From Auanema rhodensis (lineage: Eukaryota; Animalia; Nematoda): a DNA stretch of 64,000 nt. The position numbers and the translations under genes were made by a program. Location of the stretch: contig OZ059900.1 of the NCBI GenBank assembly GCA_964057225.1, positions 26,536,001 through 26,600,000 on the forward strand. The letters run 5' to 3'. The notes beneath the pieces are model-generated. The model had not been told where the DNA came from, did no database searches, and was given only the letters and a program-made list of their open reading frames with translations. Below, piece by piece: positions 48,768 to 57,815 of this stretch; within the stretch, counting starts at the first letter, position 1, and each line of letters starts with the position of its first letter.

Positions 48768-48980
48768 ATGCCGCACCTCCTTTTGGATGTCAACTCTATT
48801 CAATGGACAACACTTTTAAATCAACAAATGGGTGGCGCCCCATTTAGCGGAATGATGTTTCAACGTGGAATGCAGAGAGGTCATGGTTTGGGTGGTATTT
48901 TGGCAACTTTGGCATCATTTCTACCACGCATCATTCAATCACCTATAGCCCAAAATCTCATCAATGCCGGAAGAAACGCA
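48768..48980 (+). pseudogene. Polinton core/membrane-lytic-like virion protein, 3'-truncated
   Basis: QQMGGAPFSG..FQRG.QRGHGLGGILATLASFLPRII, a Gly-rich motif plus amphipathic helix seen in small Polinton virion proteins. Runs into the pPolB fragment. Confidence 0.7.
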
Positions 48981-50756
48981 TTATCATTCTCAACAGAGTT
49001 GAGTAACCAATCAAGGAAACGATCTGTTACAGACCATTCACTATCACCTTGTTGATACCCAAAATGGCCCTCCTTGGTTGTGCATTTTTCGCGTGAATTG
49101 GCATCTATACAACTTTCACAAAATTTGTTATACACAACCATATTGGGCCATTGTTCATCTGCATATTCATGAATATTTGTACCGTTTTTTAACACAACCG
49201 TTTCAAAGTCATAAAATATAATCGAATAATTGATATAATTGAATCCTCCGCTTCTCAATTACATCTTCTGCTGCCTCTTCAACGGCTTTCCACATTCCCA
49301 CAACTGCTGCTCCAGCCAGGCAATGAGTGTCAGTGTTTTCAATTGTGCCAGGTATTTTGAGTTCGGCATCAAAATAGAAACCAACTCTACCTTCACCAGG
49401 CATCAGGCTTGGCTGCACCGGTCTTTCATCAAACACATACATTTCAATATTCATTGCCTGGCTAATTACAGCCTCTCGCTTTGATTGCTGTACCTTGCTG
49501 ATGGCATTCATGATGGCAACGCCATCCAAATGCTCCCTTCTACGGAAATCCATAAATATGGATCCCTTTTCAAAGGATGGGTGCTCTATTGATAAACAAA
49601 ATAGCGCTTTTTGTTTATTTGGCACACCACTTTCAGCAAGGCACCAATCAAGAAACTCATTAAATAGCCGCGGCATGACAACATGCATTGGCTCATTAAT
49701 GGCTTCCAAATGTGGGAACGTGAGCGATCTAACGACCACGTTGGTGAACCGACCAGTTCGTTTTATGCGTCGGTGTGACCACTATAATACACACTTTTTA
49801 TAATGGTTATACGCTATTAATTTAAATATAAATAATTTTTGTTTACAACTTTTAATAAATTTACTTTTCTTTAAATTATTTTTATATTCTTTTATTAAAA
49901 ATAAATGGCATTTGATTTTTAAATATAAAGTTTTTTTTTCAACTTCGAAAAAACTTTTATAAACATTTGTTAATGTTTAAAAATAATTGAGAAGGACAAG
50001 ATTGTGTTTTATTATTTTACTAGTTCAAAATGTTTGAAATATTTATAATTTTTAAGAATTCAAAATTGGTTGAAAGAAAGATATATAGTGAGACGAAATG
50101 TAAAAATTTTAAAATGAATGCTGTTCAAAAGAATGAATATATAAGTTTCAAAATACTTGCAATTTGTTTGATAAAAGATATAGATTGAGATGAAATGTAA
50201 AGATGTGAGAGAGAGAATTTTATGAATGCAATTGAAAAAGAGAAATAAATTTCAAAATGTTTTCAAAATATGCAATTGGAGCAAGAGAAAAGTTCATGTT
50301 TCAAAAGATATATTATGAAATAATATGTAAATAGAAGATCGCACCTCTATTTTACAGACATCGTTGAATGTCGCTCCATATCCGACTTGCCCTCCACTGG
50401 TTGATGGGGTAGCAGGATCCCATTCGCTTAAAAAGAAAAAACTAAATGTTATAATTTTAATATCGCTTACTCATCACTGTCATCCAAGGTTATTACTTCA
50501 ATAACCCTTGATGATGAGGGCCCACTGTTAAAAGTGAGTGATGTGGGCTCACAGAGCTCAATCCCACCAGCCTCGGTAAACTTTATACGTTTACTAAAAA
50601 ACAAAATATATATAAAGATTCAAAATTGTGTTAAATTACCTGAGCTGATTGATTTCTTCATAATCAAATCCTAGCTCTTCACATAAACGTTTATAACTAA
50701 AAAAAGAAAAAGTTTACAAACAAATAATCAAAAAGACACAACCTATTAGCAGCCAT
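48981..50756 (-). pseudogene. Protein-primed DNA polymerase B, spliced 5' part, internally deleted and truncated
   Basis: P.G.GR, DTHCLAGAAVVG and IIFYDFET..H..PN..C..C..FLDWL (Exo I) motifs with a frameshift near 49250. Predicted upstream exons: 50756-50743, 50696-50640, 50593-50471 and 50426-50345. Confidence 0.78.
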
Positions 50757-50916
50757 TGTACCTTGATATAATGAATACATCAGTCTACACATTGCTGTTG
50801 GCATTGTAATTTGTTATGTAACATGGATTTGGGTACAGCTGTCAAAACTAGCAGTTGCCATAAACTTTAAAATAAATAAGCATATTGAATACATCTGTTT
50901 TTATTGTCCCCGTCGG

Positions 50917-51863
50917 ATTCAAAAATTAATAATTTAATGTCATTCATTAATTTAATGGAACACATATCGAATTAACCTTCGATATGTGTTCCATTAAATT
51001 TTGGTATTTCATATCGTTCTTATCGAATTAACCTTCGATATGTGTTCCATTAAATTTTGTATTTCATATCGTTCTTATCGAATTAACCTTCGATATGTGT
51101 TCCATTAAATTTTGTATTTCATATCGTTCTTATCGAATTAACCTTCGATATGTGTTCCATTAAATTTTGTATTTCATATCGTTCTTATCGAATTAACCTT
51201 CGATATGTGTTCCATTAAATTTTGTATTTCATATCGTTCTGATCGAATTAACCTTCGATATGTGTTCCATTGAATTACCCATAACAAGTACGGTGAACAA
51301 AACGATATACATGCAAAAATTTTATTGATCTTCAAAAATACAAATAAAATAGTACAAACACAATACAATAAAAAATAAACAAAATAAGTAAACAAACATT
51401 ATTAATAAATATAATAAAGAAATAAATAAAATTTAAAAACAAATTTATATATTTAAAATTTAAACATAATTTATATATATAAAATTTAAAGTTTAAATAT
51501 AATTTATATATATATAATTTAAATATAATTTAAATATTTAAAGTTTAAATATAATTTAAAATTAAGATTTTTATTTTTACTTAATATATTTAAAAATAAT
51601 TAAAAATATATACATACATTTGAAAAAGCATATTTAAATATGATTAAAAAAAAATCATGCTTTAAATCATGACTTTTATATTTAAAAAAGGAAAATCCAT
51701 GAACCATGATCCCAAAATATGATTTTAACAGCTGACGCTCAAAAATATGTTTTTGACAGCTGACGCGCCCCAAAAGTATGTTTTTAGCAGCTGACGCCCC
51801 CAAAAGTATGTTTTTAGCAACTATTTGGGGGCGTGGTTAGTAAATTTTGCACGGCTCTCTACT
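50917..51863 (-). repeat. Full-length Polinton TIR copy B (~0.95 kb)
   Basis: Matches TIR copy A and ends CTCTCTACT. Confidence 0.82.
50966..51271. repeat. 55/56-bp minisatellite (about 5.5 copies) within the TIR
   Basis: tatcgaattaaccttcgatatgtgttccattaaattttgtatttcatatcgttct repeated. The same array is at 37166-37251 and 46632-46746. Confidence 0.95.
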
Positions 51864-52905
51864 CACCTCCTACTGAATTTGGTAAAATGATTGCCAAAAC
51901 ATTTAATCCTATTCGTTATGTACCAATCACTAGACAAACACTCGATACCATACGTATTGAAATTTTAGATGAATTTGGTCGTCCTATGCAATTTAATTAT
52001 GGTTCTACAGTTGTTACATTGCATGTTAAAAATATGAAATAAACGTTTTATTCAACAGTTATACAATACCACATTTTTATTTTCGAAGGTTTAAAAGATA
52101 GTTTAGGGCAGTTTTGTTTGTCGCTCGGCTCGTGTTGTGAATGTTCTCCGTCATTATTGCTGCGGCATCTTTTTGATTGGGTTGAATGTACAAACTCCTC
52201 AGCTTTTTCAAAGGGTTTGCTGGTATCATTTCCATCACCATCTTCACCATTCGTTCCATTATTATTATGAATACGCCGAATATGACGCTCACAATTGAAT
52301 CTTGTTCCAAAAGTTTCACTACAATGAGGGCACAAACGTCTACGAACACCATCCAAATGTCCATATTTTTGAATAAAGTCAGCATTGCTGATATAATTGT
52401 TACATACGGGTTGAATCCCTGCATGCCTTTTCAAAACGTGATCACTAAAATGCTTGGTTGAAGAAAATATTTCCTTGCATGTACCACAATATTTGTTACA
52501 TAAAAGTTCCATTCTTTTATATTTAAAAAAGGAAAATCCATGAACCATGATCCCAAAATATGATTTTAACAGCTGACGCTCAAAAATATGTTTTTGACAG
52601 CTGACGCGCCCCAAAAGTATGTTTTTAGCAGCTGACGCCCCCAAAAGTATGTTTTTGACAGCTGTTTGGGGGCGTGGTTAGTAAATTTTGCACGGCTCTC
52701 TACTCACCTCCTACTGAATTTGGTAAAATGATTGCCAAAACATTTAATCCTATTCGTTATGTACCAATCACTAGACAAACACTCGATACCATACGTATTG
52801 AAATTTTAGATGAATTTGGTCGTCCTATGCAATTTAATTATGGTTCTACACCGCAAAACATGATAAATGTGTTTCTGTGCTAACGAATTTTGTTCCATTG
52901 TTTTA
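51864..52905. repeat. Right arm of the ~1.04-kb inverted repeat
   Basis: Reverse complement of 33231-34272, including about 55 bp of satellite. Confidence 0.92.
52048..52512 (-). CDS. C2H2 zinc-finger protein, copy 3
   Basis: Same protein. ATG at 52512, directly after the truncated TIR tip at 52514-52704. Confidence 0.78.
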   Translation of the reverse strand: MELLCNKYCGTCKEIFSSTKHFSDHVLKRHAGIQPVCNNYISNADFIQKYGHLDGVRRRLCPHCSETFGTRFNCERHIRRIHNNNGTNGEDGDGNDTSKPFEKAEEFVHSTQSKRCRSNNDGEHSQHEPSDKQNCPKLSFKPSKIKMWYCITVE

Positions 52906-54483
52906 ATTGGCTAATTCTGAGTTAAATGAAATGTAGCACATTATTCTAGGACCAAAAATGAAAATTTTAGAATATTTAATTTTTCATAAAAATCGAACGA
53001 AACAGCAAGTTGAGCCCGCCACAAAACATGATAAATGTGTTTCTATGCTAACGAATTTTGTTTCATTGTTTTAATTGGCTAATTCTGAGTTGAATGAAAT
53101 GTAGCACATTATTCTAGGACCAAAAATAAAAATTTTAGAATATTTAATTTTTCATAAAAATCGAACGAAATAGCAAGTTGAGCCCGCTGCAAAACATGAT
53201 AAATGTGTTTCTGTGCCAACGAATTTTGTTTCATTGTTTTAATTGACTTATTCTGAGTTGAATAAAATGTAGCACATTATTCTAGGACCAAAAATGAAAA
53301 TTTTAGAATATTTAATTTTTCATAAAAATCGAACGAAATAGCAAGTTGAGCCCGCCGCAAAACATGATAAATGTGTTTCTGTGCTAACGAATTTTGTTTC
53401 ATTGTTTTAATTGGCTAATTCTGAGTTGAATGAAATGTAGCACATTATTCTAGGACCAAAAATGAAAATTTTAGAATATTTGAATTTTCATAAAAATCGA
53501 ACGAAACAGCAAGTTGAGCCCGCCGCAAAACATGATAAATGTGTTTCTGTGCTAACGAATTTTGTTTCATTGTTTTAATTGGCTAATTCTGAGTTGAATG
53601 AAATGTAGCACATTATTCTAGGACCAAAAATGAAAATTTTAGAATATTTAATTTTTCATAAAAATCGAACGAAATAGCAAGTTGAGCCCGCCGCAAAACA
53701 TGATAAATGTGTTTCTGTGCTAACGAATTTTGTTTCATTGTTTTAATTGGCTAATTCTGAGTTGAATGAAATGTAGCACACTATTCTAGGACCAAAAATG
53801 AAAATTTTAGAATATTTGAATTTTCATAAAAATCGAACGAAACAGCAAGTTGAGCCCGCCGCAAAACATGATAAATGTGTTTCTGTGCTAACGAATTTTG
53901 TTTCATTGTTTTAATTGGCTAATTCTGAGTTGAATGAAATGTAGCACATTATTCTAGGACCAAAAATGAAAATTTTAGAATATTTAATTTTTCATAAAAA
54001 TCGAACGAAATAGCAAGTTGAGCCCGCCGCAAAACATGATAAATGTGTTTCTGTGCTAACGAATTTTGTTTCATTGTTTTAATTGGCTAATTCTGAGTTG
54101 AATGAAATGTAGCACACTATTCTAGGACCAAAAATGAAAATTTTAGAATATTTAATTTTTCATAAAAATCGAACGAAACAGCAAGTTGAGCCCGCCGCAA
54201 AACATGATAAATGTGTTTCTATGCTAACGAATTTTGTTTCATTGTTTTAATTGGCTAATTCTGAGTTGAATGAAATGTAGCACATTATTCTAGGACCAAA
54301 AATAAAAATTTTAGAATATTTAATTTTTCATAAAAATCGAACGAAATAGCAAGTTGAGCCCGCTGCAAAACATGATAAATGTGTTTCTGTGCCAACGAAT
54401 TTTGTTTCATTGTTTTAATTGGCTAATTCTGAGTTGAATGAAATGTAGCACATTTATCTAGGACCAAAAATGAAAATTTTAGA
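52851..54483 (+). repeat. 168-bp satellite, about 10 monomers
   Basis: Same monomer and orientation as the first array. Confidence 0.99.
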
Positions 54484-54813
54484 TGTAGTAGTATAATGCC
54501 ACATAGCATTCATTATTAAGAAGTAGTAATAAGGGTAAGGTACATACTGTATCCTACATACTACATTCCATATGATCTATTTTTGGATCTATGAAATGTG
54601 ACAAGAAAAAGAAGGGGGTCAGTCCTGTTAGGCTCACTCGCCAGACGAAGTTCTCCTCTTCTTCCGATTGTTTGGAACTATTTTAATTGTTTTATTTTAA
54701 TCTGTGTTACTAACTAATATTAAGACTAGAGAGTCATCTCAGTATAATAAAGTCTTATAACTTTGACCAGATTGTTACTATAATACAAGACACCAGGCTA
54801 CGCAAGCCTTACA
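54484..54813 (+). repeat. 5' LTR (330 bp)
   Basis: TGTAG...TTACA termini, AATAAA at ~54746. Its 3' 200 bp are repeated at 57613-57815. Confidence 0.92.
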
Positions 54814-54825
54814 TGGGGGCCGAAC
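54814..54825 (+). promoter_or_regulatory. Primer-binding site, tRNA-Pro
   Basis: TGGGGGCCGAAC is complementary to ...GTTCGGCCC-CCA, the Caenorhabditis-type tRNA-Pro 3' end as recalled from memory. Confidence 0.8.
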
Positions 54826-54922
54826 TGAAGCTGTAAGGTAAAAAAAGTTGAATCATTCTAGTTAAGTATTCTCGTTACCTTGTCTTTTTGAGCATATAGT
54901 ATTGCATGATAACAAATAGACA

Positions 54923-57688
54923 ATGTCTCTTCATATCACTATTGAGGAAATAGTACGCTCATCATTAGATGGCATTAAGGGAGAGTTCCAGCAATTTTTA
55001 GAAACTAAGGTACAAGAGATCAAGGAGATGAAAGGGAATGTTGCGGCGCTTCGGAAAGCAAGTCATGTCCAGGAAGTAGGAGACAAGGCTATCAGTCTGA
55101 TAAACGAGGCAGTGACAACAGTTAGTTCATCGCTTTTTTCGGAATGTCTTAGTTTAAATTTGGAAGAGAGAGTACCAGAGTTTCTCCAAAACGTTACGTC
55201 TGTTTTAGCTACACATGATGTGGCCGACGAAAACGAGTTGAGCATGTTGTTAGCAACGGTGAAACAGAGAGAGAAGGAGGCGGTGAGAGAAAGTAAGCGC
55301 TTAGAACAGGTGCTTCAGGAGAAAGAGAAGGAGGTATTGGAGAAGAATTTCGAATGTGGGAAAGCTATTTTGATAGTGAAACAAACGGAAACAGCGGTTA
55401 ATCAGTTGAAGGGAGAATTAGATGAGGCAAGAAGGGAGAAAGATCTTTTGATGGAAAAGAACGCAGAGCTGCAGCGCCAAGTGAGAGAGAGATCTGTCGA
55501 TATGGAAAGAGATACAGCCACACCGTCTAGCACAGACCAAGCTACGGTTATTAGCCCGCTTGAGCATGCCTACAGGTTAGAAGCGCTGGTCAAAAGCCTT
55601 CTGCTAAACCAAGAAAAAGTAGCAGCCGAGCAAAGGGTTGAGAAAACTAGACAGAGTGTGGTTCTGACATCTTTTTCTGGAGAGAAGCGTTTTGAGAGTT
55701 TAGCTGATCATATTGAGCTCTTTAAATTTAAGTTTGAGCATCAAAGGCTGGACGACAGAAGCGCATCTTTCCATTTTTCTAGCAGTTTGTCGGGTTTTGC
55801 GTTAGAATCTTTTAAATCAATAGAAAAAACGCTCCCGTTTGAAGAGAAATTGTTAAGGTTGGAAAAATTACTTCAGCATCAATTTGACATGTTTAAGTTA
55901 GAGGACGATAGAAGGTTACGCAGTTTATCACTAAGTTCTTGCCATAATAGTGTAGCTGAGTTTACGAGAGAGTTAGATAGGTTGTATGAGCGCTGTTTTT
56001 CATCTCTTTCTGTAGAAGAAAAGGCAAAGAAAAAAGCCATTCATTTGTATGAAGAAATTAAGAATTGGGAGGGAGCTTTTTCATTTAGTGTTGCACTACA
56101 TGCAAAAAAACAACAGCCGGTATATGCGGCAATGAAAAGTTGGGCTCTCAGCATGGAGAACCAAATCAAGGCGGTGAGAAAGCCGTATGTTAGTAATAGA
56201 AATAATGGGGTAAACAGGGGAATGAGTGAGTTGAATTCAGCAGTTAAGAAAACTGCAGGTTTACAAAAGTTAACCTGTTATAAGTGTGGTGGCGTAGGCC
56301 ACACACAATATGTGTGCAAAGCTACCGAAGTTAATAGGGAAACCTATAATAAGGTAGGGGCTGTAAATAGGAAAGTAGTCTCCGCTAAAAAGCAGAGACC
56401 TAAAGAGAGAGTAGTTGTACAAGGGATAGAGAGTGTGGCGCTGATAGATAGTGGCTCATCAGTTACTCTGATACCTTTCCATTTATTACAAAAAGTGAAG
56501 GATCAGATAACTATAAAAAATACGGATGAAGCGTTTACGGGAGTGAGTGGAGAAGAGTTAGAGATTATGGGTGAAGCTGATGTGGAGATCGAGTTGTGCA
56601 CCACGAAAAACAAAGCAGTTATCACATGTTTTGTTTGGAAAGCAAATAGCTCTGAAATGATCCTAGGCTATAATGCATTTGAACCACTAGGGTTACAGTT
56701 GATTAGAAAACCAAAATTATGTTTTAAGGAAACTAGTATTGGGTCAATTAACATATGCGACGAGATACAAGATTCCAAAGAAGTTAAAATGAATCACTTA
56801 AGTAGAGAAGTGAAAGAAACTTTGGAACAACTTCTCGGGAAGTATGAAAGTGTTTTTGGAGGGGAAAGTGAAAAGTTGGCTGGCATGTTAGTGAAACCAG
56901 CAAAAATTGATACCGGTGAAGCGAAGCCAGTTGCTCAAAAAATTCGTCCTGTACCAGCGAGTCTGCGTACAGAGTTGGGAGAGTTATTGCAAGAGATGGA
57001 GAGAGAAGGAATAACACGGAGATCAAAATCACCGTGGGCGTCCCCAATAGTGTTGGTAAGAAAAAAAGATAAGAGTTTGAGACTATGTATTGATTACAGA
57101 GAGCTCAATAAGGTAATAGTGGGAGATAAGTATCCTTTACCAAATATAGAACTTATCTTACAATGCTTATCTGAAGCTAAATTTTTTTCTTCGGTAGATT
57201 GTTTGCAGGGGTTTTGGCAGTTGCCTTTGGATGAGGCTTCAAAATCAAAAACGGCTTTTATCACACATAAGGGCCAGGAAGTAGGAGACAAGGCTATCAG
57301 TCTGATAAACGTGGCAGTGACAACAGTTAGTTCATCGCTTTTTTCGGAATGTCTTAGTTTAAATTTGGAAGAGAGAGTACCAGAGTTTCTCCAAAACGTT
57401 ACGTCTGTTTTAGCTACACATGATGTGGCCAACGAAAACGAGTTGAGCATGTTGTTAGCAACGGTGAAACAGAGAGAGAAGGAGGCGGTGAGAGAAAGTA
57501 AGCGCTTAGAACAGGTGCTTCAGGAGAAAGAGAAGGAGGTATTGGAGAAGAATTCCGAATGTGGGAAAGCTATTTTGATAGTGAAACAAACGGAAACAGC
57601 GGTTAATCAGTTGAAGGGAGTCAGTCCTGTTAGGCTCACTCGCCAGACGAAGTTCTCCTCTTCTTCCGATTGTTTGGAACTATTTTAA
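54923..57688 (+). CDS. Truncated Gag-Pro-RT polyprotein with long N-terminal coiled coil and a chimeric C-terminus
   Basis: CCHC knuckle CYKCGGVGHTQYVC, protease LIDSGS, RT motifs SPWASP, LCIDYRELN, GFWQ and KTAF. It stops before YxDD, then repeats an N-terminal segment. Confidence 0.9.
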   Translation: MSLHITIEEIVRSSLDGIKGEFQQFLETKVQEIKEMKGNVAALRKASHVQEVGDKAISLINEAVTTVSSSLFSECLSLNLEERVPEFLQNVTSVLATHDVADENELSMLLATVKQREKEAVRESKRLEQVLQEKEKEVLEKNFECGKAILIVKQTETAVNQLKGELDEARREKDLLMEKNAELQRQVRERSVDMERDTATPSSTDQATVISPLEHAYRLEALVKSLLLNQEKVAAEQRVEKTRQSVVLTSFSGEKRFESLADHIELFKFKFEHQRLDDRSASFHFSSSLSGFALESFKSIEKTLPFEEKLLRLEKLLQHQFDMFKLEDDRRLRSLSLSSCHNSVAEFTRELDRLYERCFSSLSVEEKAKKKAIHLYEEIKNWEGAFSFSVALHAKKQQPVYAAMKSWALSMENQIKAVRKPYVSNRNNGVNRGMSELNSAVKKTAGLQKLTCYKCGGVGHTQYVCKATEVNRETYNKVGAVNRKVVSAKKQRPKERVVVQGIESVALIDSGSSVTLIPFHLLQKVKDQITIKNTDEAFTGVSGEELEIMGEADVEIELCTTKNKAVITCFVWKANSSEMILGYNAFEPLGLQLIRKPKLCFKETSIGSINICDEIQDSKEVKMNHLSREVKETLEQLLGKYESVFGGESEKLAGMLVKPAKIDTGEAKPVAQKIRPVPASLRTELGELLQEMEREGITRRSKSPWASPIVLVRKKDKSLRLCIDYRELNKVIVGDKYPLPNIELILQCLSEAKFFSSVDCLQGFWQLPLDEASKSKTAFITHKGQEVGDKAISLINVAVTTVSSSLFSECLSLNLEERVPEFLQNVTSVLATHDVANENELSMLLATVKQREKEAVRESKRLEQVLQEKEKEVLEKNSECGKAILIVKQTETAVNQLKGVSPVRLTRQTKFSSSSDCLELF
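57274..57620 (+). repeat. 347-bp internal duplication of 55069-55415
   Basis: Direct copy with about 3 substitutions. Confidence 0.95.
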
Positions 57689-57815
57689 TTGTTTTATTTT
57701 AATCTGTGTTACTAACTAATATTAAGACTAGAGAGTCATCTCGGTATAATAAAGTCTTATAACTTTGACCAGATTGTTACCATAATACAAGACACCAGGC
57801 TACGCAAGCCTTACA
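57613..57815 (+). repeat. 3' LTR, 5'-truncated
   Basis: Matches 54611-54813. The first ~127 bp and the PPT are missing. Confidence 0.92.

Larger units (their letters stand above)
33286..52850. mobile_element. Defective, rearranged Polinton/Maverick (adintovirus-like) element
   Basis: Minor capsid, A32-like ATPase, adenain-like protease, pPolB fragment and AGTAGAGAG termini co-occur. No major capsid, integrase or PolB catalytic domain was seen. Confidence 0.9.
54484..57815 (+). mobile_element. Second Ty3/Gypsy family, internally deleted and rearranged, non-autonomous
   Basis: TGT...ACA ends, TSD TAGA (54480-54483 and 57816-57819), 330-bp 5' LTR, partial 3' LTR, gag-pro-RT fragment. Confidence 0.93.

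Noticed and set aside
33286-52850. A new transposon with 1-kb TIRs and TG...CA ends
   Set aside because: The inverted arms include satellite DNA, there is no TSD, and the ends fall inside the penton gene. Rearrangement explains this better.
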